A stretch of 64,000 nt of DNA from the NCBI GenBank assembly GCA_019057385.1, contig JAHQJS010000005.1:96001-160000 (forward strand), in the 5' to 3' direction. The position numbers were made by a program, and so were the translations under genes. The DNA comes from Candidatus Borrarchaeum weybense (GTDB lineage: Archaea; Asgardarchaeota; Sifarchaeia; Borrarchaeales; Borrarchaeaceae). Positions 28,001 through 36,910 of this stretch are shown here, piece after piece; the first letter of the stretch is position 1; every line of letters starts with the position of its first letter. Below the pieces are notes generated by a model, which saw only the letters and a list, made by a program, of their open reading frames with translations, was not told the DNA's origin and ran no database searches.

Positions 28001-29125
28001 CAATTGTATCAACAGTTGAGAGCTGAACATTCCTGCATCGGCAATTATCACCCTTTTGATCGGAAAGTCCACCCCCTCTCCGTATTGAGTCGTTGATAAA
28101 AAGACCTGAAATTCACCCTTCTTAAGTTTTCTCATAGCTTTTTGTTGTTTCTCTTTACTGAGCCCAGCATGGCTGTAGCCAACGGTTAGATTGAGCCCAA
28201 AACTCTTTAGAAAGGTCTGCAATTCTTCAGCGCGTTGTTCAACCTGATTTCGTGTGTAGCAAAAGATATGCACGATTTTAGTCCGCTGATCATCGCCATA
28301 TGAGTGTAGTTCAAAGGTCTTTTTGATCAAGCGAGCGAACAGAAAGCGCTTTTTTCGTTCGATCTGCTCTATTGTGCTGCCTGAAACTCCAAAAGACGAT
28401 ACAATAAGTTTCGACCGCCGTTCTTTGGTATGGATAAGTTGAGCATCGAGCCAGCTTGCCAGTTCCTCAGCATTCCCCAAAGTAGCCGAGAGATAGATGA
28501 TGTGAGGACGAGGTCGCAACCACGCTTTCGCATTGACAATCGCGGTTTCTAGACACGTACCCCGCCCTTTGTTACCCAGATTATGCAGTTCATCGACTAC
28601 AATTAATCCTATCCTGTCTAAAAACGGATACTCGAAATGTTTGGCTAGCAGCCCATTGAAGGATTCGTAGGTGATGATGAGGATATCCGCAGTTTCAAGC
28701 TCTTCAGGAGACGGTCGGTTATCTCCGCTGACCCGGAGGATGGTGCAGATGTCGTGATACCACTCTTTGAACCTGTCATACATCTGATCGATCAGCCGTT
28801 TGGTCGGCTCAAGGATCACACAGCGCATCCCTTTTCCAAGGATGCGGGTGGACACTATTTGGGCGATCAAGGTTTTTCCAGAAGCGGTGGGAGTGTATAA
28901 CACTTTGTCATGTCTTTGCTTACCAGAAAAGCATGCCTCCCATTGAAAGTCATAGAGAAGTTTAATGTCAGCCTGTTCCAATTGTTGACGTATAAATTCG
29001 TAGTTTAACCCTCTTTTCGTCATTGTAAGGAACTGTCCCCTCAATCCCTGTGTCTCACTTATGATGGTTGAAAAGTTCTTTATAAAGAGGGCAAACCTTT
29101 GGATCACTGGCTTGATAACTGTCAC
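25034..29125 (-). CDS. SF2 (Ski2/Hel308-like) helicase - wHTH - Zn finger - Cas1 fusion
   Basis: PTASGKT, DELH, SAT, QLSGRAARP; CGSC/CYFC/CPEC; Cas1 motifs LRGLEG..W, PFSAALNAVYRHL, ILH, DFREVF; GAGGGG SD before GTG. Confidence 0.85.
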   Translation of the reverse strand: MTVIKPVIQRFALFIKNFSTIISETQGLRGQFLTMTKRGLNYEFIRQQLEQADIKLLYDFQWEACFSGKQRHDKVLYTPTASGKTLIAQIVSTRILGKGMRCVILEPTKRLIDQMYDRFKEWYHDICTILRVSGDNRPSPEELETADILIITYESFNGLLAKHFEYPFLDRIGLIVVDELHNLGNKGRGTCLETAIVNAKAWLRPRPHIIYLSATLGNAEELASWLDAQLIHTKERRSKLIVSSFGVSGSTIEQIERKKRFLFARLIKKTFELHSYGDDQRTKIVHIFCYTRNQVEQRAEELQTFLKSFGLNLTVGYSHAGLSKEKQQKAMRKLKKGEFQVFLSTTQYGEGVDFPIKRVIIADAGMFSSQLLIQLSGRAARPRHHRVGYADLIFVGDDQEILKQKDIQIVEGQLIVKEHRIVSQARSSLADIVLTLIARGSVSTKQLLLKLERHYFWHQHKALLQNWSELMNTALLTHEEELCWLNNELHLLSLLRETHEGSLPFDLKRVTRKFFMWVKKNTTTRGIKNGELRLLLTPFTHDQLKDFTQQLREKLLARPKQDEPKKKREGILHTLIKEGFIKRNGGKFSATAKGRWASQFLLPTKTAIRIKNFFATHHCSSEREFSRHVITLIGRSMHEVSSTTRYTTQQYTSFVWLLSQGSSVTEAATRVNIRPGDAEAHRKTASWIAEASYDYLGRSDPRAARVAKELTSKLNPEYKEPEVERGNKGRRRRWYPKHRPKPYPGLQEAIYTFIKQYKLISYKQITTKVRKQYKRPVHYTTVVKHVKRLGIQGKIQFISQGQLRGRPKIYVADVNVSLPEHLRLTCGSCGFFRINSMKDRRRSKRAHICVLNRKYNTKVGRRARKSYVAPKMGACEYHTKARKLKKRTIRVLQETLDDTPCYFCNSDGTVELPSRYNEYTVCPECNSRYYLTMKGDLVVKPGRRGLMLKGLELLLGKAGNYVPRVKKTRVYIRRPKRIIRVKCGEQLDIKKKRFTHSLKDGKTTQRYLIGAIRHIIIEGGEVTQQVRKNYGKKLIDINSPEGRFFVEHTLTPEKQQLADELKHAAQQLRETERGKLLARLLVMSKNMGLANAILHFEKEGLLSPAEAQEFLSQLLDRVAYTFLYWRGNIDNLRGLEGVVESIAWEVPKHLLQGSYFEIISRTLDRYIATVVLLGEAKARTPFSAALNAVYRHLNFYCRKALAEAGFSWVPNELILHYKKKQRSFLGTVVDFREVFLPLFRFAFIFACIHDKFAKTDFIRRKTLERERFYHLNWNGHYKVERLVNNILAQKVYYLEEYMTVKEAIRRCALQLKGFLLEKKRFVPFIYAPDKETLHLMYERFQHLEGIYKPPKKGPPVAVKDLLP

Positions 29126-29176
29126 AAAATCCCCTCTTTATAAATTAATTATAACCTATTGACAGTAGTGGCAACA

Positions 29177-30124
29177 ATGTCTTTCGAAGAACACCTTAAG
29201 CAAGGAAATGAGTTTTATGAACAGAAACAATACCGAAGGGCGTTAAAACATCTCACAAAGGCTGCAAAATTAAAACCAAAAGACTATCAACCTTGGCAGA
29301 AATGTGGAGATATTTATTTTACTTTGCACATCTATCAGAAGGCAATCAAATGTTGGAAAAAGGCGTTTGCGAAAAAACCTGACGAAATGTCACCCTTGGT
29401 CGGCATAGCTAATTCATACGGATTCTTGGGCGAATACGAAAAAGCCATCAAATACTGTCAAAAGATATTGAATACACAACCAAACTTTCCTTTAATTAAA
29501 CTCTTGATGAGCAATATAAAAGATGTACAAGAACATTCACCTCTTACCGATGAAGAGGTAGCAAAAATAAAAGAAGCAGATTCAAAAAAGGTCATCACAA
29601 GTGTCGTAATCCGTGGTATAGACTATTATGTTATTAATAACACATTAAAACTTCGCGATCTAAATATCAAAGATATTAAACACATCAAAGGATTGGAAAA
29701 TCTTACCAATCTCCAAGAACTTGATCTAAGCGGGAATAAAATATCAGTAATTGAGGGATTAGACACACTTTGCAATCTTCAAGAACTTAATTTAAGTGCG
29801 AATAAAATTACTATGATACAAGGTTTAGATACCCTTACCAAGTTACAAGTTTTAGAACTTTACGACAACCAGATCAATAGGATAACTGGACTGGATAACC
29901 TTACGCAATTGAAAAAGTTATATCTTAATGGGAACTCGATAGAAACAATTGACGGAGTGGAACAACTCACGAATTTGGAAGTTTTAAGCCTTGCAGATAA
30001 CCCTCTATGTGAGGAAGATCGACGCGTGTACGAACGAAGTGTGACAGCTATGGATGCCCAGTATTGTGTAAAATATTGCCAGAAAAAGATGTCGATATTT
30101 TCTACCAAGAGTCCTAATAACTAA
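29177..30124 (+). CDS. TPR + leucine-rich repeat (SDS22-like) protein
   Basis: Three TPRs, then 22-aa LRRs LxxLxLSxNKIxxIxGL; TTTATAAA at 29137. Confidence 0.88.
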   Translation: MSFEEHLKQGNEFYEQKQYRRALKHLTKAAKLKPKDYQPWQKCGDIYFTLHIYQKAIKCWKKAFAKKPDEMSPLVGIANSYGFLGEYEKAIKYCQKILNTQPNFPLIKLLMSNIKDVQEHSPLTDEEVAKIKEADSKKVITSVVIRGIDYYVINNTLKLRDLNIKDIKHIKGLENLTNLQELDLSGNKISVIEGLDTLCNLQELNLSANKITMIQGLDTLTKLQVLELYDNQINRITGLDNLTQLKKLYLNGNSIETIDGVEQLTNLEVLSLADNPLCEEDRRVYERSVTAMDAQYCVKYCQKKMSIFSTKSPNN

Positions 30125-30134
30125 ATAGAGAATC

Positions 30135-30220
30135 AATAGACTTCCTTTTATGATATAAAGTGATTAAAAAGGCTTTTAGTTGAAAAATCAAAGAAAGAGT
30201 AGAACCCTCTTTGTAAATAA
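30135..30220 (+). repeat. 86-bp degenerate direct repeat, copy 2
   Basis: See 24781-24866. Confidence 0.8.
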
Positions 30221-30603
30221 TATGAAGACTAAGAATGTAAGTTGATGAGATCTGAAAATATTTATTTTGTTGATTTACAGATCTCTTCAAATTAATTAGT
30301 CATAATTAACTTTTCAGAAAATTTATGTAGGAGAATCCATATTACATTTTAGTTAATCATAAGAAGCGATATTAAGAAGTTACTATATGAAAGATTATTC
30401 TGATTTAAATTTTACTTTCACCCATCACACTCTAACTCTTATTTGGGTTACATTAAATGTATTAATTATGAAGTTTAGTTGTGCATTTTTGTCAAAATAA
30501 AAATGATAATAATGCAAGTATGTGCTATCAAATAAGATGAGGGGCAGAGTTTACTCTTTTTAATGGGGAAATTCAATCTTCATCTTAACAATGATTTTAG
30601 AGA

Positions 30604-31308
30604 GTGATAAACATGGGAGCGATCGAAGGGTTTGTAGTAGGTATTGCCTCTAATGTAGCTTATGATTTAATCAAAAAGCTTTCAAGAATTGAAATATTCA
30701 AGCAGATACCAATAAGAACTAGTTTCAGTCTTGTAATTAATTTTAGAGAAGGTATCGAGGTTATTGAAATTGATAATAATTTGACTAAGACATTTCGAGA
30801 AGAGTTTGGAATCAAAAAAGATCAGAAGAAAGTACCATTTATTGAAATTGATAATCTAAAATTATATGTACTTATAGACTACCATTATCTTGAAGATAGC
30901 GAAAAAATCATTGATGCTTTGAATGATATCTTTGAAATAAGAGAGGAAGATGCAGTTCAACCAGAATTCATAGATGCATTAACCATACAAATTTTTCCCG
31001 ATGATACGAAAGAATTAGATGACATATTAATGGTTATGGATGTTTTGAAAGATATAAAGAGACTTATTCAACGTGATTACAATATTGAAAAAGATTTGAT
31101 CTGGCTACGCTTGGATGTTGATGATGAAAAATCAGCGATCTTAATACAAAAGAAACTTGTTGAAAGTTTTCCCGAATTAATTATTATTAAAAATAAAGAT
31201 ATGCAGAATAATGTTTTTTTGAAAATAAAAGATACTAGTGACTTAGAATTAAAACAAATAATAGATGTTCTAAAATCTAACAGAATCAGAAAAATACTAC
31301 ACATTTGA
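30604..31308 (+). CDS. Hypothetical acidic protein (island cargo)
   Basis: 234-aa ORF, very AT-rich, no recognised motif. Confidence 0.7.
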   Translation: MINMGAIEGFVVGIASNVAYDLIKKLSRIEIFKQIPIRTSFSLVINFREGIEVIEIDNNLTKTFREEFGIKKDQKKVPFIEIDNLKLYVLIDYHYLEDSEKIIDALNDIFEIREEDAVQPEFIDALTIQIFPDDTKELDDILMVMDVLKDIKRLIQRDYNIEKDLIWLRLDVDDEKSAILIQKKLVESFPELIIIKNKDMQNNVFLKIKDTSDLELKQIIDVLKSNRIRKILHI

Positions 31309-31317
31309 GATGATTTA

Positions 31318-32031
31318 ATGGTTTTTGTCTGCCGAGTTTTGAAAATTATGCCAAGATATGATGATCAAGTCAAGCAATTATTGAAAAAACCATCTGAAAT
31401 AGTATTTGATACAATAAGACAAAGTGAACTCATTGAATTAAAGCTATACATAGATGAACCTGCTGAAGAGAACGATTTTGGCTTTTTAATAACAGCCTAT
31501 GTTGATATACCTCAAACATTATGGAGTAAAGATACAGGTACTTATTCTACGAAAATCACAAAAAAACTAGAAGTTCAAATATTTACTACTCCTGAAGTTG
31601 GAAACTATTTAGTCGTATTTGCATCAAATATTCTTGTAAAGGAATTTGTAAATTCTGTAACTAAGATATTAAATACAGTTGAATGGTTTAAGCCAGTATT
31701 AATAGATACTGACCGAAAAGAGGAAGAGATAAGAAATGAGTTAGGCGATTTTAGGCGTGTTTACGTGAAAGATATGGATGATGATCTTGTAAAAACAGCA
31801 ACAATGGGTGGTCTAAGACTAGAATTGTCGTCAGATTATGCTAGATATATTAGAGATTATGGGGGTAGGCTAAGTGCAGTTTCGCTTATTTATGAAGGTA
31901 ATTGGATGATGATAACGTTTAGAGGAATTTTTTATTCACCTAGTAAAGATGCCGAAAGTAGGAAAGTTGAAATAATTCACAACTTACTGAAACTTCTAAA
32001 AGAAATTGATGCGCTAGATACATCATCTTAA
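31318..32031 (+). CDS. Hypothetical protein (island cargo)
   Basis: 237-aa ORF 9 bp after the previous one. Confidence 0.7.
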   Translation: MVFVCRVLKIMPRYDDQVKQLLKKPSEIVFDTIRQSELIELKLYIDEPAEENDFGFLITAYVDIPQTLWSKDTGTYSTKITKKLEVQIFTTPEVGNYLVVFASNILVKEFVNSVTKILNTVEWFKPVLIDTDRKEEEIRNELGDFRRVYVKDMDDDLVKTATMGGLRLELSSDYARYIRDYGGRLSAVSLIYEGNWMMITFRGIFYSPSKDAESRKVEIIHNLLKLLKEIDALDTSS

Positions 32032-32722
32032 GAATTTGCGGATTTTTAATTCTTTTCTTCACTCATCATTACCTAATATAGGAAAATACTCTTTCATCCG
32101 TTCTTTCAGTAATTCCTCCTGCAATGTTTTTTAGCATAAGACGTTTTATTTCCTCTTATTCTTATGCATGCTCCAATGCCCACCCTAGTTTCAGATAAAC
32201 TGTTTCTGGGAGCATGTCTTCTAGGTGATCACGCTTAAGAATTACAAGTAGGGCAACATCCAAGCAATTAAAAAGCAGTAATAAAATGTGGATCATAGTT
32301 TAAACTCAAGCTAAATTCCTCTTTAATTAAAACCGTCATTGCTAGCTAACAAAGGGTTCTGTTCATGTAAATCTTTATTTTATAAAAAACATCAAAAAAT
32401 AAAGTTTTCTCTGATTTTTTCATTACGATTAATGTTGTAAATTCATTTTCAAATTAACAAATTAACTAAAATTAATTTTAATTAAGTCAAAAGTCGAAAC
32501 AACGTAGGTACGTAATCAATTACCTGTTTTAAGTTTTTTTAGAGCATCAGCAGTATTAGCTTTTTGTTTATAAACTTAACGTTTTTGTAAGAATTGCCTA
32601 CTAACTCAGATAATGCAGAAAAAATAAGCAGGCAATGAATGCAAAAGAAAAATGTTCGATAGCCTTCTTGTAAATGAAGACAAAAGAGATGTATATGATA
32701 TATTGAGGGGCAGTCTAAAAAA

Positions 32723-34486
32723 CTATCCTATCAATGTTGCGAATTGTTCATCGATCTCCTTTGAAAGTTCATCACATGTCGCGTCTATTTTTTCGGGATC
32801 AATTATTTTGAGACGAGAGATGTTTTCGTAGACGCCCAGTTTAAGGATGTCCGCTATAGATGCACCACTTTCACTTGCTGCTCTCATCTTTTGATGTGTC
32901 TGCATGATTATTCCAAGCATTCGCTTTGCCTTATCTAGGGAACAGTAAGAATCGACTGGATGATATGCATGTTGCATCAAGTAGTCCTCGCGAATGATAC
33001 GCGCGGCCTCAAGCACTACTCTTTCAATCTCAGGTAACGCATCAGGACCTACTAATTGTACGATTTCCTTGAGTTCTTTCTCCTTTTGTAAAAGCGACAT
33101 AGCTTCAATTCTCAAATCTCTCCAATCCGCGCCTAAATTGTCTTTATACCATTCCTCAAGTGTTTCTTGATACAATGAATAACTAGTTAACCAATCAATA
33201 GCTGGGAAATGCCTTCGTGATGCTAAGTCTTTAGATAACGCCCAGAAGACCTTTACAACACGTAATGTGTTTTGCGTAACTGGTTCAGAAAAGTCACCGC
33301 CAGGTGGGCTAACTGCGCCAACAACGCTTACAGATCCATAACGTTCGTCAGAACCTAGAGTTTTAACTCTTCCTGCGCGTTCATAAAATTCAGCGATGCG
33401 GGATGCAAGATATGCTGGATAGCCTTCTTCTCCAGGCATTTCCTCAAGCCGTCCAGAGATCTCGCGAAGCGCTTCGGCCCATCTTGATGTTGAATCTGCC
33501 ATGATAGAAACATCATAACCCATATCACGGAAATATTCGGCAAGTGTAATGCCCGTGTAAATACTCGCCTCTCGTGCAGCGACTGGCATATTTGAAGTAT
33601 TGGCAATAAGGACAGTTCTTTTCATTAAAGGTTCGCCAGATCGAGGATCCTCTAGTTCTGGAAATCTTTCTAATACTTCCGTCATTTCATTGCCACGTTC
33701 ACCACAGCCAACATAGACAACAACTTGTGTGTCAGCCCACTGAGCAAGTTGGTGTTGCATGACTGTTTTTCCGGTCCCAAACCCCCCAGGAATGGCGCCC
33801 GTGCCTCCCTTGGACATGGGGAAGAAAGTATCAAAAATCCGTTGTCCAGTAAATAGAGGAACTATTGCGGGAATGTTTTCTTTGATTGGTCGAGGGACAC
33901 GAACAGGCCATTTCTGCATCATAGTCAAATCTTGACGTCCTTTATCCGTTTCAACTACTGCAATGACATCTTCAATTGTGTAGTCTCCTGCTGGAACAAT
34001 TTCAACAACCTTTCCAGAGGTTCGTGGTGGAACCATAATTCTGTGCTCGACTAAAGTCGTTTCAGGCACTGTTCCAAGAATGTCTCCACCAGTAACATTA
34101 TCACCAACGCTCAAGCGAGGCGTAAATGACCATTTCTTTGTCCGATCAAGAGGGCTCGCGACAATTCCTCTTGTAATGAAATCACCAGATAATTCTTTTA
34201 AGGAAGGTAAGGGACGCTCAATGCCATCGTAGATCTGGCTGATCAATCCCGGTCCTAATTCAACGCTTAAAGCGCCACCGGTAGCTATAACTTTTTCTGT
34301 AGGTCGAATTCCGGCAGTTTCTTCATATACTTGGATACTACACACGTCGCCTTCTAAGGCGATAACTTCTCCGATAAGTTCTTCACTTCCTACACGACAT
34401 ACTTCGTACATTTGTACGCCTGTCATGTTTTTAGCTTGAATTAACGAACCTGCAACTCGTGTAATTTCGCCTTCTATTGTTGCCAT
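32723..34486 (-). CDS. atpA: A/V-type ATP synthase subunit A
   Basis: [40 protein letters not shown]; no intein. Confidence 0.98.
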   Translation of the reverse strand: MATIEGEITRVAGSLIQAKNMTGVQMYEVCRVGSEELIGEVIALEGDVCSIQVYEETAGIRPTEKVIATGGALSVELGPGLISQIYDGIERPLPSLKELSGDFITRGIVASPLDRTKKWSFTPRLSVGDNVTGGDILGTVPETTLVEHRIMVPPRTSGKVVEIVPAGDYTIEDVIAVVETDKGRQDLTMMQKWPVRVPRPIKENIPAIVPLFTGQRIFDTFFPMSKGGTGAIPGGFGTGKTVMQHQLAQWADTQVVVYVGCGERGNEMTEVLERFPELEDPRSGEPLMKRTVLIANTSNMPVAAREASIYTGITLAEYFRDMGYDVSIMADSTSRWAEALREISGRLEEMPGEEGYPAYLASRIAEFYERAGRVKTLGSDERYGSVSVVGAVSPPGGDFSEPVTQNTLRVVKVFWALSKDLASRRHFPAIDWLTSYSLYQETLEEWYKDNLGADWRDLRIEAMSLLQKEKELKEIVQLVGPDALPEIERVVLEAARIIREDYLMQHAYHPVDSYCSLDKAKRMLGIIMQTHQKMRAASESGASIADILKLGVYENISRLKIIDPEKIDATCDELSKEIDEQFATLIG

Positions 34487-34552
34487 AATTTTTCACCTAT
34501 AATCCCAGCGGCACTCTACCGCGATTTTAATTATAATAATATGTCGACTTTC

Positions 34553-34864
34553 TCACAAGTCAACTCCAACAGCCCTCTTGACTAGGGCTTTAATTGGATC
34601 AATTTCTCGTTTCATTGGTCCATGTTTGTCTTGGAGTTCTACAACAATGGGAAATTCCTTTTCGGTAATTTGAGTTATAATTGAACGAACAGAGGCAGAA
34701 TCAGCTATCCGTTCAGTAGTAATAATGAGACCAATATCTTTTCTTTCTGAGAGGGTTAAAAAAATGGACCTTGCGTCGTCATCAGTAGTTACATAACCCT
34801 CATCAATCCCAGCTAATTTCAAACCAGTAACAGTATCTTCATCCGCTACAGCTACTATCTTCAA
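34553..34864 (-). CDS. atpF: A/V-type ATP synthase subunit F
   Basis: KIVAVADEDTVTGLKLAG..VKRAVGVDL. Confidence 0.94.
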   Translation of the reverse strand: MKIVAVADEDTVTGLKLAGIDEGYVTTDDDARSIFLTLSERKDIGLIITTERIADSASVRSIITQITEKEFPIVVELQDKHGPMKREIDPIKALVKRAVGVDL

Positions 34865-34890
34865 AAAAATCGCTCCTCTACTTATTAGAT

Positions 34891-35232
34891 CTAAGAGATT
34901 ATGCGGAGGAGAGTCTCAATAACTGTGTCTAAAGCCTTAGATAGGTTTTGATTTGCTTTTTCTTTAAGCGATGCAATTTGTGATTCAGATTCTTTGAGTA
35001 TAACATTTACCGCTTCATCGATTTGTTTCTGAATATCCTGTTGAATTGTTTCAGCTTGCCCTTCGGCATTATTCTTTGCTTCTTCAAGCACTTGCCGAGC
35101 TTTTAGGTTTGCTTCTTCTTCAATTTTTTTAGCCTTTTCATTTGCTTCGGAAAGAATTGTGCGTGCTTGTTCCTCTAAATCTCGAATTGCTTTGAGTGTC
35201 TCAATGCTGGACATAAATGATATTCTCCTCAA
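34891..35232 (-). CDS. A/V-type ATP synthase subunit H/G (peripheral stalk)
   Basis: Charged EA-rich coiled coil upstream of atpF. Confidence 0.75.
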   Translation of the reverse strand: MRRISFMSSIETLKAIRDLEEQARTILSEANEKAKKIEEEANLKARQVLEEAKNNAEGQAETIQQDIQKQIDEAVNVILKESESQIASLKEKANQNLSKALDTVIETLLRIIS

Positions 35233-35509
35233 TTTTCATGTAAACATTATGAATCGGTTTTATAATAGTTCCCTTTATATTCCTTTCTATCGCTGGCTTC
35301 GTTTTTCGAGGTCGGGACTTAGATGGAAGAAGATTGCTGTAAATTGAATCTATGAGGGATCTTAAGAGAAATTCTATAAATCTCTGATGCGTTTATATAT
35401 AGTATCCAGTTTTCTGCGTCCAGTGTAAAGTTTTTATTTCAATTATTTCAATTTGAATCTGTACGTTTATGAAATTTATTTTTGTAAAGGTATTAACTGT
35501 GGGATAATA

Positions 35510-36760
35510 ATGAAAAAGGGATTTAAAAAACTTATACCAGTCTCTGAAGCCATAAATGCCGTTTTAAGCGAACTTAAGCCACTAAAAAGCGAAATAATAC
35601 ATGTTAAAGAGGGCTTAAATCGGGTAATTGTCAATGATATCGTTGCTCGATATGATGTACCAATGTTTGACCGTTCTGCAATGGATGGCTACGCAATTAG
35701 ATCAGAAGATTCTTTTGGTGCTAGTGTAACTGACCCTGTGTATCTTAAAATTACAGGGAGAATTGAGATAGGAACTATCCCAGATATTGAAATTAAAACT
35801 GGAGACGCCGCTCAGATTATGACGGGTGCAGCGCTCCCAAAAGGAGCAGATGCTGTTATAAAAGTCGAGGATACACGAGAACATGGACATAGTATAGAGG
35901 TAATTAAACCATATCCTCCGAGAAAAAATGTTAGTATTAGAGGAGAGGATGTAAGGAGAGGTGACGTTATCCTAAAGCAAGGTCATCTTCTTCATCCTCA
36001 AGACATAGGCATCATAATAGCATCTGGACATGATCAAATAAGTGTAATCCGCAAACCAAAAGTAAGTATTATATCGACTGGGAGTGAACTTATTGATCCT
36101 GGCGAGATACTTGAACCCGGAAAGATATTTGATGTCAATAATGCCACTTTGTCTAGTTTAGTAAGTCAATTTCATTCAATCCCCTCTTTTACCAGAAGAG
36201 TAAAAGATGACAGAGACGAATTATTACAAGCCCTTGAAAAGGCAATTGAACAAACAGATGTCATCGTGTTTTCAGGGGGCAGCTCTGTCGGAGAATATGA
36301 TATAATTGATGAGATTATTCTACAAAAGGGTAAGTTATTAGTTCAAGGTGTAGCTATGCGACCAGGCGCTCCAACACTCATTGGAATCATTAACAATAAA
36401 CCAGTTTTTGGTCTTCCAGGCTCACCAGTAGCGGCAATGATTTCCTTTGATGTATTTGTGCGACCAACCCTTCAAACTCTGCTTGGAATGACACCATATG
36501 ATCCAAAACCAATAATTAAAGCGAAACTCAAACGTAGTATTCCATCAGAAGTTGGAAGACGAGATTTTGCGAGAGTAAGGATAGTAAAAGAAAACAACGA
36601 ATTCTTTGCAGAACTTGTAAGAGTAAGAGGATCAGGAATTATAAGCACCTTGGTGAAAGCAGATGGCATAATTGAAGTTTCTGAAGAGCGAGAAGGCTTA
36701 AGCAAAGGAGATTCTGTTGATGTTAAACTCTTTTCACAGCATTATTTTCCCAGTTCGTGA
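35510..36760 (+). CDS. moeA: Molybdopterin molybdenumtransferase MoeA
   Basis: FDRSAMDGYA, IMTGAALP, STGSEL, SGGSSVG, GLPGSP. Confidence 0.95.
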   Translation: MKKGFKKLIPVSEAINAVLSELKPLKSEIIHVKEGLNRVIVNDIVARYDVPMFDRSAMDGYAIRSEDSFGASVTDPVYLKITGRIEIGTIPDIEIKTGDAAQIMTGAALPKGADAVIKVEDTREHGHSIEVIKPYPPRKNVSIRGEDVRRGDVILKQGHLLHPQDIGIIIASGHDQISVIRKPKVSIISTGSELIDPGEILEPGKIFDVNNATLSSLVSQFHSIPSFTRRVKDDRDELLQALEKAIEQTDVIVFSGGSSVGEYDIIDEIILQKGKLLVQGVAMRPGAPTLIGIINNKPVFGLPGSPVAAMISFDVFVRPTLQTLLGMTPYDPKPIIKAKLKRSIPSEVGRRDFARVRIVKENNEFFAELVRVRGSGIISTLVKADGIIEVSEEREGLSKGDSVDVKLFSQHYFPSS

Positions 36761-36834
36761 ACTACAACCCCTACAAGTAGCGTGGCTCCCTGAACCATCC
36801 ATTCCCGTTGAGGGGATTTTCTTGCGGAGAAATG
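36757..36834 (+). mobile_element. 78-bp non-autonomous IS200/IS605-type mini-element
   Basis: GTGAACTACAACCCCTACAAG...TTCTTGCGGAGAAATG followed by ATAAC. Confidence 0.65.
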
Positions 36835-36910
36835 ATAACAGGCTTAAGGAAATTTATCAAAAACTCTCTTAGAGAGTTCACATGACTTCAAGTGGTTAAT
36901 AGGAGGTAAA

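Larger units (their letters stand above)
21907..32031. mobile_element. Accessory island carrying a Cas1/Cas7/Cas5-HD locus and cargo (ends not defined)
   Basis: Non-housekeeping block between trpB2 and atpA with patchy GC and internal repeats; no terminal inverted repeat or target-site duplication found by eye. Confidence 0.45.

Noticed and set aside
32032-32722. Right-end terminal inverted repeat or target-site duplication of the island; hairpin CATGCTCC..GGAGCATG at 32167-32216
   Set aside because: No convincing match to the left edge by eye; a single hairpin is not enough to call an RNA or an element end
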